Of a stretch of 64,000 nt of DNA, positions 15,726 through 30,222 are shown one piece after another. Both the position numbers and the translations under genes were made by a program. This stretch comes from Perkinsus olseni (taxonomy: Eukaryota), in NCBI GenBank assembly GCA_013115125.1, contig JABANN010000018.1, positions 1-64,000 on the forward strand. Direction: 5' to 3'. The notes under the pieces are model-generated. The model did not search any database. It was not told the DNA's origin and saw only the letters and a program-made list of their open reading frames with translations. Position 1 is the stretch's first letter. The number at the start of each line of letters is the position of its first letter.

Positions 15726-16786
15726 CTAGTTGGAAGGAGCGTGGACGAACACACGTTGGCCCACGAAGAAGGGTCCAAAGGACTTCATAAAGAAGGACGA
15801 GTGAGCCGTCTTACGCATGTCCTCGACGATCTGAAGAGGGAACATTCTCAGCACTCAACAGCTACATGAGGCGCTACCTTGCTGAGGGGATAGAGATCCT
15901 TGTACATGAGCCCGATAACGAACTCGTTATCAGCAGCGTCGAGGCCATAGCAGTTCAGGCGGACGTCCCAAACACCAGCCTAAGAGAGAATAGAGTGAAG
16001 CGATGGATCGGTGGAGGCCTAGTAGCTCACCTTTGCCGAGTATGCTCGGCCAATGGCAGCGTGCTCGAGGAGCCTCCTGCACTGGTCCTCGGGCTTCTCC
16101 TTATAGAACTTGCCCTCCCTTCTCATAGGGTACCATACAGCGTACTCGGCACCCTTCATAGACACAGTACGGATAACCTTCCTGAGAAGGACATCTTCAA
16201 GATCGGCCTCGTGGCCACTCGAGTAGGTCTTGCCGAGCATGGTCCATCCCTGCCTGGGCTCCAGGACATCACCAATACCCTCCAGCTGGAGGAGAGGGTT
16301 CACTACGGTGGGGAAGTGCTTCGGGTCCTCGCTCCAAGTGAGGAGACCGATGGTCCTCGGGCTGCTGACGTCGTCGTAGATGACACTGGGGATGTTCCTC
16401 CTGACCAACTCGAGCTCGAGCTTCTCGCGGGCCTGGGGCAACTTGGCCGCGTTGATGCAGTCCAGGACATACAGCTGGCAGAAGAGCCGCTTCTCCATAG
16501 TCTGTCCGTTGGCTCCTTTCTCGTACAGCACAGGTCCGTCAAACACCGGCATTTTAAAGTGGGCCGATTCGGACTGTCCGCCCGCCCTGGTGAGGAGGGC
16601 TGGTGCGAGGCGACGGAGAGAGCGAGGTAGAGTTATCTCTTGTTGACGATGTCTGTACATGAGGAACCCGGCACTGAGGGCAGCGGCGACCGAGCCAGCG
16701 ATAGCGAGGGGCGCTACAGGGAGGTTGGAGGTAGCTGAAGGGGTGCTGGAGGCAGAGGACATATTCAGGAGAAGTGGGACTAACAT
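15726..16786 (-). CDS. Chlorite dismutase/coproheme decarboxylase family heme protein, copy 2. Exons 16786(or 16762)-16031, 15979-15878, 15830-15726
   Basis: Tandem paralog of copy 1 with the same intron positions and motifs (AVWYPMRR, LLEHAAIGRAY, DVRLNCYGLD, IVEDMRKT..FGPFFVG). Confidence 0.85.
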
Positions 16787-17357
16787 CAACAGCAAATCAC
16801 CCCGGTACCCCTATTTGCAACATGCACCTGGACAGATCCAATCTTGTGTTCTCCTGCCCGCCTTCCAGCGTCCCAACAGCACCTCACCCCCGCAAGGCAG
16901 CCGAGGTATGCTCAGGAAGTGAATGTGAGAGAGGCCTGAGGCAGTCCTCCTCGACAGGTCGACGAGTAGGCCGCTCGTGCCTTTAACGGGTACAAAGCAG
17001 AAGGAGCTCGTATAACAAACCACTGTGAACACTGATGGTGATGAAGGCCGCCGGTTTGACGTCGGGAGATCCCAGCTATGACCGACACAGGAGAAATCAT
17101 TTTCCTACAGAGAAATGCCTATCCTCTGGATAGAACCCACAACCTTTCTACCCAGCGCGTCGTCTTCCAGTATTTCTTGCATTACGTGCATTGAGGTGGT
17201 ATCGTTTGCGATCACTCTTTCGTCGTACTGACTAATTTCCTATGCGTTGTAATGCGAGTCTAGCTAGCAGCCCTGTGAAGGCATCATAGTATAAACTTCC
17301 TATTGGACGTACTGGAAGTATCTGTTCCCGGTGTCACTCCCACTCGTAGCGATTTGT

Positions 17358-18762
17358 ATGTCTCCTCCCCCAACACTCCCCCTATTCCCCACTCTCGAGC
17401 TAAGATTCTCCGATGATCCGGACAGCGTAGAACCTGAGGTGCCAATAGAAGCGCCAGCCTTGGCGCTATCAACTCAATTCATCTTCGGCCCTGCCCCTCC
17501 GGCCACTACTACCACTACTAAGACTCCTCCCAAGACCACTAAGCGGCAGAGGGCCGCAGCCCTGAGGAGGAAGAAAGCGGCAGCCGCTCTGAGGGAAAAG
17601 AAGGCCGATGCTGCTGCTCGTGAGCGGGACCCCAACTATCATCCATTAAATTTGAAGAAAGACTACCATCTAATTCTGAATCCACCGCGGATCGACCCCA
17701 AGATTCCCGCCACTCCTAAGCCCTCTGATGACCGCGAGCCTCCATCGGGGGCTGAGCGGAAGCGTAGTAGAGAGAAGAGCAGGTCTGCATCGAAGAGACC
17801 GTCTTCGGATATTGCCGAGGACAGTGGAAGCAGTGAGAGGCCCCTCAAGAGCGATGATGAGAGCTACACCCCGTCCGGGAAGGGCAACAAGAAGAAGAAG
17901 GTAATAACATGGGGATGGTCCAAGCATGGTGGGAGAATGGGCATCCAGCGAGTTCCAAAAGGCCGCGAAGTTCATGAACGGCGATCGTCACTTGCCATGA
18001 ACGGCCATGGGGTGCTTTGTCTGGCCATACTTGAGAATTTCAAGTCTGGCCAGACGAAGCCCTCCCCCAGAAATACTAAAAGTTCAAGTTGAAATACCCT
18101 CATCTTCTGTTCTCTTTCTATCAGTCCTGCACTGAGCTACACGCACGAAGACTTCAACTCGGAGAAGATTCGTCTGGCGGGACTATCACCAGCAGCCGGG
18201 GAACTGACGATGAGCCACAACTCATCAGAGGGTTGCTGTCCGACTCCCCCCTATCCTCTCACCCTGTGAGCACCGACCGGTTCACCTCCCTGAGCAAACC
18301 GCGGGGTTCCGTCCAAGAGAGGCCCTGCCGTCGAGGGAACGTGCAGAGCATGTACACTCCCTTAAAGGAGTTCCTTTACAAGGGCCATGGCGAGGACAGC
18401 ACCAGTAGACGGAAGGGATACAGTCGAGAGGCGCAGCATGTTGAAGAGGAGGAAAAGAAGGTAGTCCCGGTGGCTAGTAGTGGTTACAGTCTTGGCCGCA
18501 GATAAGTGCCCTGCGCAGTCAACTAGAGAGCCGAATGCGAGCCCTAGAGTCTTATGTAGCAACTGCCTCCCAGGCAGCCGGCGACTTCCAGACCTACGAT
18601 ACTATCTGTACTGAGGACGCCGAGTCGAAGAAGAAGAAGGGCCGCCAACGTGCATCCCGGGTTGTTCCGACTGGAGGGGGGAAACCCGTCAAGGGCAGCG
18701 CAGAGGGTGATGCAGTGCGGCCAGTCAATAAACGGAAGCGTCAGCGGCGCATTGGCCACTAA
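17358..18762 (+). CDS. Hypothetical Lys/Arg-rich low-complexity (probably nuclear) protein, multi-exon
   Basis: Serial + strand ORFs 17331-18092, 18089-18505 and 18535-18762 with basic NLS-like clusters. Confidence 0.5.
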
Positions 18763-18932
18763 GTGGCAGTCCATCACTACGTTGAAGCTTCAGTCCTGTT
18801 TATAACAGTAATTGAGAGCAAAGCCCATGCCCTAATGTGATGGTGTTGTGATACTAACCCCATTCCACCTAGTGTTGTAGTTGAAGTAGTCAGACGGGTG
18901 GTAGATGGTGCTCACTCAGTGTGAGAGCTCCC

Positions 18933-21179
18933 ATGGCCCTACGACGAGTAATAAAGGACATCAAGCAGCTCTCCATTGTCAGTGCTGCTAGCACGGCAGC
19001 GACCTCGCAGCAGCAAATCACCTCCAAGTGGACTGCGGTGATCACGTCCTTCGTGGGAGAATTAAATGGCCGCGCCCCGCTCGAGGGAGGGCCTGGCGTG
19101 ACGCCCATGAGTGTATCCCGAGCCCTGCAAGATGTAGCTAGATTTGCCCCACAAACTGGTCGCCCTCTGGTCTCGGCGATGCTCCCTCATCTCTTGGCCG
19201 AGCGTGAGCAGAAGCTGCTCCCCACCCTGGCTGAGTTCGGTCCTATCGAGCTCGCCTACATGTCAAACAGCATTGCCAATATCATCACTGCATCTTCCGC
19301 AGGGCCCGACTCCGAGGAGTTGCTGAGACGCTTCGGCGAGCAAGTAGGGGAGTATTTCTCCAAGCCCGGGCGGCTGGAAGCTGTGCCGATCTACGCTATG
19401 GTCACCCTCACTAACGCCCTCAACAGGCTGGGTTATGATGGAGCATCTCGGCGGCGAGCCGGGGATCTCTATGCACGGTTCGACCGGCTCTGTTGCGACA
19501 GAGTGGAGTCTATGAACGCCAGTGATATAGCAGTGGCCTTGCAGTCATTTCACAACGGCGGCTGTCGGCATGCTAAGCCCTCCCACGAACTCCTGGGGAA
19601 GGCCGCCCACCGTTTGAAGGGAGAACTTCGGCATCAGGTGGGAAGCTCTCCTCTTTGCATCATATCATGGTCAACCTAAGATACCTTCTAAAAGCCTAGC
19701 GCAATTGTTGAACATATTCGTCACCTTTGGCTACAAGCAAGACCGTGAGTTGCTCCTTCTTTTCTTCGACAGTGTCATGTCTACGCCCGTCGAGGAGCTG
19801 GAGGTGGGTCGTGCCAGGCGAGAAGACCGTCGTGTAGATCCGGAATGATCAGATCTTCTGTGCACCGCTCGCCCTCAACTCCCTCTCCAAGTGCTCTCAT
19901 GTCATCAATGAAGGGGCAAAGGCCGGCATATCACCCACAACGACGATTGTATTTAACTTGGCCACCAAGTACGATGGCCTTCTGGGGCTGCTGATAGCGA
20001 GGGGTTGTTAGGCATATCCTGCCGCGGCTGAACGAGCTGGGGCCCTGTCAAGTCGCCAATGTGGTGAATGCTCTGGGCAGCTTGAAAGTGTTGGACTATC
20101 GCCTTCTCAAGGGCGTGTCCCATCTCATTGTCAATAGTGATGGGGGACACACTGTGCCGTTAGACAGCTTCTCCTTCCAAGAGCTCAGCAACATCTCTCA
20201 CGGGTTTGCAAAGATTGCGTAAGTGGGAGTAGTGATAGAAAACCGGGTGACTCGAGCCCGACTCAACGACTACTGGGGACGATGGTTTGTACAACTAATC
20301 CGTACTGACTTCGTACGTTCGTGTAATGCTAGTGTCCGAGAATGTCTCGCGGTGAGTCTAAACGGTAATATATACCGGGAGGTGGTAGTCTATCGATCCA
20401 TGACGTGATAGGGGCCTTGGAGGCAACAGATCTCGTGAGAGCAGCTGAGTGGGCTGCGTGCCTTGCAGAATCAGCCTATATGCCGATTGCATTAGGGTCT
20501 TTACTCCTTAGGTACGGCAGTAGTAACCTCTATCACGCCTTATTCGATGAGGCCAGTCGCCGGCAGAAGCGGTTCGACGCGCAAGGGGTGTCCATGTTCC
20601 TCGACTCAGTTAGGCGAGTCGCCAATCGGTGGTATAATGGAATGCTCAGAGACCCCAACCGTCCGGGGCCTCAACCAGGTACGCTGACGGCCCAGCGGGT
20701 GCAGCAGCAGGGGCGTGCCCGCTTTCAGGTCTGCGGTACATTCCCTATGCACTGATGGAGGCCATCAGCAAGTTGGTCACGTCGTGCGAGGCCTGGTCTG
20801 TTGAGCGCTTGACAGCAGAGCGTGGCGGGGGCATAGGCGTTCAGTCGTCCACCCAGATCCTTCTCTGCCTTGTCGAGCTGGGACGAGGCAGCCGATCCTC
20901 GACGTCTCCGCTAGCGAAGTGCTTCGGCCTCGACTCCGATAAGGGTGAGCGGGGTGGGTGTGCGCTGCCAATACATGCCCGGCAGATTCTCAACCCCCTT
21001 CGGAAGGGCCGTCGGTATGCCACTTGTTGCTGGCATCGTTGAAAGGCAACTCCGAGCGGCTGACCAAGGAACAAGCCCGGCATGTAGCGCATGCATCGCG
21101 GCGGTACAAGGCTTGTGATACGGACGAGTATCAAGCGCTCCCGCAGGAGGTAAATTGGCTCGGTCGTGGCCTGATGTAG
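18933..21179 (+). CDS. Helical-repeat (OPR/HPR/FASTK-like) probable organellar RNA-binding protein, multi-exon
   Basis: Repeated motifs FGPIELAYMSNSIA, MNASDIAVALQSF, FSFQELSNISHGFAK and FDAQGVSMFLDS. Presequence-like start MALRRVIK. Confidence 0.62.
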
Positions 21180-21939
21180 AACCTGAGTGGCTCGGTAGGT
21201 TCTGCGGTGGGCAGAGGATCTACAACGTGAATTCCCGGCTGGGGCGAGGAGTGGGCGGGTTGCTGTGGCGTCCTCAGAGTGACCCGAGCTTGTGTGGATA
21301 CATGTTTCTGCATTCCCTGTTTCTTAATGCAACCAGTGTGTTCTTTTTCGTAATCAGCGCGCGAGAGAGACGCCAAGTAGTGTGTCGTGGTATGAGAGGT
21401 AGCCTTCGCTGGAGGCATCATGCTGAGAGTATGCTGTTGGGCCCTCTGCCGCCCTCGCTATACCCGAACTCCTTTCAGCTGGAATACTAGAAGATTCCCT
21501 ACTAATTATGTCGATGACTAAGACAATCCATGTCCTGAATCACAGCTCTGCATGCCTCATCGTTACATCCGCTCGAGTCCGGCTGAATTCTACGGTCGCC
21601 TCTGGAGAAACCTCGCCACTGTACTCGTAGGTAGAGGGTACGAGGTTCCCCCATTCTAGGGTATAGTCGGAGCATCCCACTGTGGGATTCCCACATCATT
21701 GTCCATCGGTTTTCCGCAATCCTAAGGGACGTTTCAGGATACCACACAAATCATCATGCTACGTGATCATCGCTCCGTCGACACTGGTAGCCGCCGGACC
21801 ATCTCTGGTCGTAGTCGTCCCCCATTCTGATGAGACCTCACTAATGTCGTTTGAATACTGTAGTGTAACTCTCCCTCGAGCTCCCTAGAGCATAAGCGTT
21901 GAAGTTGTCACTACCGGGGAAAAGGACCAACAGCCAAGA

Positions 21940-24126
21940 AATGTGGCAGTCAGAGGCAAACGATAGTGAAGGCAGTATTCCCGCCGGGGAAAAGGACCGT
22001 ACAGTCACACGATGGCTGTCGGAGGCAAACGGAGGGATTCATCATGCTCATTCTATGGTATGTGACATCTGTTCGTTAGAGTGCCGTAAGAAGAAGGCTC
22101 ACGATCAGCCTGTGATCCGAGGCGCATGCGTGCAGCTTGATCGATCAGCGCGTAGCTTTTTCCTTGAGAAGACAACTCGCGCAGTCGGCGCAGGTTTGCG
22201 GATGGCGAAGGCGAGGACGACCGGCCCGAAGTGAGAACGCTGATTCCAACCCCACCCTGCTCGCTTTAGGGAAGCACTAGAGCCATGCCTCCACAACCCC
22301 GGGCTCGGAACCTACGCTCTCTGAGATCAGGGAGTCATTCCAGCAGTCTCCGTGGCCGCGAGGGGATAACCCAGCAGAGGTTCCTGGACATTGTAACAAC
22401 ACAACCTGTTATGAAGGGAGAGAAACGCTCACGGTGAATGACACACATCGGACGTTGGGCCGAAAACTAGCATGGAAAGATAACGATAGCTCAGGCGCCG
22501 ACCCTAGCGGACGCGTCTGGGCAGGGAATCACTTCCGCGAGGTAGATGGATGTCCTCTTGCCTTGCGATCCTACAACAAGAAGGGGTGTGGTACTCTAGG
22601 GCAGGCAGGAGCTCTACCGTCTTGGTTGGGAGGCTGTGAGTCAGCCCCGGCGCCTGCTTCGAGGTCATTGACTTCGGGAGCCGTGGGCGCAGATGCGAAT
22701 GTTTTCCGCTTCAGCCGAGCTATCATTTCAATCTGGCACGGAGCCATCCGCGCCTGACCTGGTCGATCTTTCAACCTACTTCATCACGGCAAATAGGACA
22801 CTTCCCTTCATGCTTGCGAACGACGTCCTCACAGCACGCCTCGCAAAGTCCCGAGTGTCCGCAAGGCAGGAGGACTATGTCGCAGGTTGTCTGGGAGAGC
22901 ATGATCATCGTAGCAGTATTAGCGTTCCTCCTCTTGGACCTACCTCACCCTCAAGGCAAATGATACACTCCCCGGGCACCGACAGTCTACACCGTCCAGG
23001 ATTGCCGCCCCCGCCGGGAGGGAGTCCGGTACCGTCGTGGGATACAATGGACTTTCGTAGTTTGTAGAAGTTAGTGTTAACCTGCTAGGGCTGTCCCAGG
23101 CGGAGATGAACCCGAGGATGGCTGCTCACCTTAGTCAGCCTCACTTCCTTCGAATCGACTTGGCGAAGTTCCTCAAGTCGCTTGGCGACTCTCTCCTACG
23201 GTGACACTCACAGTAAGGTAATAGCCTTCCCACTGATACTCACCTCCCGTGCTTGGTCCTCCCGCTCGGCAGCGGGTCGGCTGTAGAGGCATCTCGCACA
23301 CACCCAGTCCGACAGGGTCTCCGGTTGTACGGCGTTGACAGACAAACGCTGAGGCAGAGCAGTCGACTAGCTGTTAAGGGTGAGGTTAGCCACTCACATA
23401 ATCCCGTCGGCACAGAGCGCATGTGTATACCTGTCGAGTGGGCGTATTCTTTTTGCCGACCAGTAGACCTGCCATACCATAACATCACCTACGCGGAACG
23501 ACAGGTAGCCCCCTACCGACAAGAATACAAATTAGTGGTAGTACTAGGAGAAGCAACAACAGCCAGAACATGCTGGTGCTGCCACCCTCCTCGGCGTCCG
23601 AGTCCGCACCCCGATCGAGTTCTGAAGTATTCGCAAGTACGAGCTGCGATCTGTATGATCCAGATGCTACCTTGCAAAATCCGCGAGATCCCCAGAGTTC
23701 CCTTTAGGTGGGGAATGGACATCGAAGTGAAAGTAGCTACTGAGCGACAGCACTTGTTCTGCCATCGAACACTGCCCCCTAGCCCTCCTCGGTTCGGTAG
23801 AAGCTTCAGAAGCCTCAGAAATGGATGTCATTCAACCCTACTTCGACCCTCAGTGTGAGCTAGTTCGCAAAAACATGTTGAAGCACCCTCCGAGGGTGCA
23901 CACGATCCCTGGCCGACCAACGACTTCCCGAAGGCGAGAGATGTTCTCCCACAAAGAGAGAATTCCGTTCGATATGAAGGCTCCCGACGGAGGGCAGCTG
24001 TTCAGATCTCAGACCCACAAACACGAACAGGTGGATGAGTGGTACCAACCGCCAAAGACGACTGCTGAAGGACTCTGCGGCCGTCCACACGAATTTCCAG
24101 CGGACTTTTATCCTCCCCTTAATTGA
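21940..24126 (+). CDS. Hypothetical protein, multi-exon
   Basis: Chain of + strand coding segments from MWQSEAND... to ...PADFYPPLN* (24126) with short GT-AG gaps. Confidence 0.45.
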
Positions 24127-24189
24127 CATCTCCTCTGAAAAGCGCAACCCCTTGTAATGCAGTAACAAACGTATAGAAACGTACAGCTA

Positions 24190-25081
24190 GTGTCAACGTG
24201 ATGGTGAGGGGGAAGCAGCTGGGCTCTGGGCGACCCCGTTCGGGCGCTGGGGGCTCGGGGCTGACGGAGGAGGCCGAGGCCTAGACTGGACCACGGAAAA
24301 GCCGAAGTCCTTTATGAACTCACAATCGGTCTGAGGGGCGTGGCGCTCAATAAGGCGTTCAAGTTCAGCGACCAGCTTACCGCTCTCGGGAGGGGCGGGT
24401 TGACCAGATGTATCGGCTTCAGCCCAGCGTCAATCACCGGCTCTAATGCTGCGGCCGGAAGGGCACTCCGACCGGCTGATGCTCCCGCCTCCTGAGAGGT
24501 GGGGCATGACGGGATGGTCTGTAGTGTATCCCTCACCTGTTCTCTGAGTAGAACTGATGCCGAGCCTGGCAGAATCATTTGGGAAGCATCCTTGGCCAGT
24601 TCTATGAAGTTGTAGGCGTACAAGGCAAGGAGACGCTCTCTGGCAGATGGTTCGTCGGATCCTCTGTCGTGAATTGCTCGCATGCATGAGTGGACCTGAG
24701 ATATCGAACCACTCCGAAAAACAGCTGCCAGAAGGCTTGTCAAGCGGGCACTAGACGAGAACCAGCGAACAGAAAGACCAGTCTAAGGAGACTTCGAAAA
24801 AGGCTAGTGTTGTTGGAAGAAGACCTCAAGGGGCTCAACGCCGCTCCCCGTAAGACGGAACGGGGCGGGAGGAGGGCAACACACGTCGGAGCATCCTAGA
24901 TGCATCCGTAGAAACCTACCTGGATTTCCAAGTCGATTTGGCCGGCAGGTCCTGCCTCACTGAGCATCTCACTGAGGAAGTCCTGGACACTCTCTTCGCA
25001 ATACTCTGGCTCCGAAACCCCTCCAGCCGGCTGGTCACCCCCAGAGGACCGCTCCACGATCAGCAACCAGAGCGGCGCCAT
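24190..25081 (-). CDS. Hypothetical protein, multi-exon (3' end approximate)
   Basis: ORFs 24896-25081 and 24312-24743 on the minus strand, linked by intron-like segments. Confidence 0.45.
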
Positions 25082-26335
25082 CTTACGCCGTATGCCGAGG
25101 GCGAGCTGAGTGATAATGCCACGTCCAGGAGCCGCCGTAACTTACACCAATTCAACCGCCATTGTCAGTGGACCTCTAGCGGCATCACGTCCGACTTTCA
25201 AAAATGTTAATTTTACCGTGGTTCAATTTCGCCTACGAATCACATTCTAGGTTTTGAACCCAATCTTGTGATTTGCTGACAGTTTTCATTCCAGTTTGTG
25301 GAACTCGATAAGATACTCCATTATCGACACAGTACCGAGTTCGCTGGTGGGATATGCGTCACTGACGCACAGTCCCCCACTACCATCAATCCTAGGGCGA
25401 GGATCTCAAAGCGATAATATGTTTTCACAACCCTTCAGTATTACATCGCTAGCAAGTACGATCCGAAAGGCCCCTCCTCTGGCCGAGTATTCCTTCCCTC
25501 GTAGAATGCTAGGATGGCGACCTCGCTGCTGCCACAGCCTCGTGTGCTTCAATGTCGTGAGTAGAAGCTCGGGACCGTCGAAAACAAAAGACTCCTCCCT
25601 CACCGTCCACGGGAGTTCGTGGATTTGCTGAGGTGGACAGCCTGGGTAGGTTATGCGCCACGGGGTGGCTTGCTCGCGCATCAAGAAAACTCGGCCTGGG
25701 GCCTCGCCAGGCAGACGTATGGCGCTGAACTCGGGGGTGAGAGAACCTTCGAGGAGCTCATCTGAAAAATTCCGGTCCGAGTAGCGAAGCGTGATCAAAT
25801 AGGCCGACGGTCGCTTCTCAAGCCCAGGCGGATAAGCAAGGAGCGCAAGTAGTCAGTCTTTTTACTAAACCTACGAAACACGCAAACTCCTAAATGTGGT
25901 ACTACATTCGTTCCGCCGGTGGAACTGTTGGGTTTCAGCAATATTACTAGGAGGTTCCGGTTACCAGTAACCCTTCAACGCTAGGCCCTGCCCTTGTCAT
26001 TACTTATATCAGTGCCGTGTCTATCAGCATCCACCTGAGTGTTCTGTATGGTAGATCTCTCTGGCATGACCGGTTGGTAGTAGTCCCTGGCCGTAGCCCG
26101 CCATTCTCTTAATACCTTGCACGTCCCCTCCTGTCGCAGCCACAGCTCAACGTCGAGCCCACATTCACGGGAAAGGCAAAGGCCCACACATTCCCTCATG
26201 GTCCAACTGAATTGTTATTCTCAAAGTCCCCGGTTCGAACCCGGCACGTGGTCCTCGGACCTTGGAAGTGCGTGAATCAAAGAGATTTGAAGTCCTCACA
26301 CCCGCAGCCATTAGCAGCTGCTCTCAGCCCCTGTA

Positions 26336-26697
26336 CACCCCTCCACAGATTCTTAGCATATCCGGTTTTTCGGCTCGTGCGCTGTCACATGGATAAGTAC
26401 GGTACTGCAACTCTGGGAGGTATGTTCTTATGCTTAGCAGAGTATAACCTCCAAGTTGCAGGGCCTAACTCTTCGTAGTTAGTGAGAACTCGAAAAGTGG
26501 TAAAATATTTTCTCCACAAATTCTTAGCATACACGGCTTAAAATAGAGCCTCAAAAAGCCCATTTTTTCTGGGGAAGTATATCTATAACTTGGCGCCTAA
26601 TTTAGTCCAATACATCAATGGAAAGAGCGTATTTCATAAAGCTTTCCCTCCATGTTTCATCCCCATGAGAATAAGTATAAGAATACGCGGAGGGGTG
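26336..26697. mobile_element. Tc1/mariner-type MITE (362 bp) with TA flanks
   Basis: Imperfect 20-bp TIRs: CACCCCTCCACAGATTCTTA versus right-end reverse complement CACCCCTCCGCGTATTCTTA (17/20). TA at 26334-26335 and 26698-26699. Internal direct copy CTCCACAAATTCTTAGCATA at ~26512. Confidence 0.75.
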
Positions 26698-27094
26698 TAT
26701 ATCCGGTTGTTCGTTCCAACCGCCAACCGTTCGTTGCCGTATCTTAGGTCGAAGCTTGCAACATTTTCGGCGATCCGGCTAGGCCTTTTCGGTGAAGGGA
26801 AACTTCGCTCCGCCCCCAAAATGTCTCCCGAAAGACGTTTTTGTAATTTGCTTTCCCCCTAGCGTTATAGAAGTCTCGCTGATGGTGGTCAGCCCTACTA
26901 GATGCGCTAGTCGAATCTGAGGGAGTGGTTTCCAAGTCTGCTTGTCCTCTGTGGGTATGCGGCGAGCTTGCCGTCTTCTTCCGGTGTCAGCTGTCATGAG
27001 CTAAGTGATCTGTAGCTGCTGTTGCTGCGACAGGGCTGAGGAAGGGATGATTGAGCGAGGGGGTAAGCGTTGATTCAGTGTCAGTAGTATTTTC

Positions 27095-27872
<778 letters not shown>

Positions 27873-28235
27873 ACGCTCGAAGGAGTCATCAGTGTGGCCG
27901 GCCCTGTAATGATGGATTTATGCTTGTTTGATGAGGGGTGACGTTCGTGCCCTCATTCACGGGTCATACTGATATACCTACTATACCGCTGTCGCCGTAG
28001 TTCCACTGAAGAGCTACCACCCCCCAAGTTGATCTGCTGCCCGTCTCGTGCGGAAGCAACGAGTATCCTTCAGGGTGCTGCTCTGCACTGTGTTAGAAAT
28101 GACAGTTTCCTATATATCGTTCCTTTTCAGGAATCACGGTTTGTGTCTATCAATTAGCGGGGTGGCGTGGTTGGCTATTCTTGGGCCCCTCAGGCCGTCG
28201 TTTGGGGTGACCCCGGCTTGTCATTAACTCTCTCA

Positions 28236-28899
<664 letters not shown>

Positions 28900-29307
28900 G
28901 GTGCTACCACCGTCGTCGTCACCAGCAACGTCCTCAATGTAAAATGGAAGTGGTTCTCTTGAGGTGTGTGGAAGGCGTGCACTATAATAAGAGAGGTATG
29001 ACAGCAGTTTCCTAATCATCGACATCTTTGCTATTAATCTCACCGTCCGACTGTTGGGTCCCTGAATGACGGGTGGGGGGTCTTGTGGGGTCGCTCGGCC
29101 CTGTTCCCGCAGGAACACGGTATTCGCTGTAGCTCTTCCTGGTAGTCACAGAGGTATTTCCTAGTGAATGGAAGATGCCGGGATCGATCCTGGATGAGTA
29201 CAGACTATACCCTTCGTGATTCGAAGGAGAGTTAGTCCGCCTGGATGACTGCCTTTTTAGCTCGTTCACTGGCTAGCCTCTGCCACGTTCGTTATTGTAC
29301 GCTCACT

Positions 29308-29915
29308 ATGGTATCGACTGCAGACCGGGGTGACCCCAGCCCGGTAGTGGGCTCGCCTTACCGACTCGACAAAGACCCAAGTCAAAAGAATAATAGCATT
29401 AGTCCGGGCAGTCAGTGTGGTACAACCACGAGAAGCTCCACGCCGGCATTAGAGTCGACCCCACAGAGCCAAGCGGGCCTTCAGACTGCCATAGGCTTCG
29501 CAGCATCACAACTGCTCAAGGCAGGATGTTTTGTTGGTGAGTGCCACCAGCAGCCTTCTCGCTTGGATAGTCACAAAATTTGCCGTCTCTCTGTGCGATG
29601 GGGACCTAGGAAATCTCTCGTTGTTTCTAGTGATTTACGGAATAGGACGACTACTGTTCGTTTAAGTGGACTACAGGGAGACTACTTAATCACAGAAACG
29701 CGGCGGATATCGAAATTTCACTTCTGGCCTTGTTAGGTGATAAAATAGATGAGTTCCTCGATGCGTTGATCCCCACTGAGACCCCCAGCGATCGTGCCAG
29801 GAGCTCCAGTCGATCACCAAAAGAAGCGGAGGTGGAGGATGGCGAGTGGCTACTCGTAGAACGGCCCTCGAGTAATATGTCCCCGCAAAGTGCGGCCGGT
29901 ATAAGACCTAAGTAG
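29308..29915 (+). CDS. Small Ser-rich hypothetical protein, 2 exons
   Basis: MVSTADRGDP...LLKAGCFV, then an intron, then GDKIDEFLDALIP...IRPK*. Confidence 0.45.
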
Positions 29916-30222
29916 TGCTACTAATCACGTACCCTAGTATCTCTCCGGAATTTATTGGCGCGCGAAATTTATGTATATCATTAGAGTTTATCTGAATGGT
30001 TTACTAGTCTGTATGGTTCAATACCACTAATGAGCCGTGTATGATTTCAATGTCACTGCTGCTGCTACCACCAGTACAACAGAATGATAAGGTGTCAACG
30101 TTATCGATTGTTACGTCATTGATGAGTCTACCTTGGCTTTGGTTGAAGTAAATTAATCCAGGGGATGGTTCGGGGGCGCGAGCCGCGTTGAGCACCATCT
30201 GGAGCTTTTGCTATCTTTTGCT

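Noticed and set aside
15866-16630. 254-aa + strand ORF (and 13590-14009, 13969-14631)
   Set aside because: Antisense shadows of the Cld/ChdC genes with no motifs of their own.
26091-26105. CCGTAGCC, resembling the dinoflagellate/Perkinsus spliced-leader start
   Set aside because: Only 8 nt match and the rest of the leader (..TTGGCTCAAG) is absent. No SL gene or relic was recognised in the window.
25406-26199. Minus-strand ORFs 25406-25798 and 25981-26199
   Set aside because: Possibly coding, but no motif or clear splice structure supports a call.
29955-29967. E2F-like site TTGGCGCGCGAAA upstream of the HutF-M20 gene (similar GCGAAATT near 11281)
   Set aside because: A short motif that can occur by chance, with no evidence of function from sequence alone.
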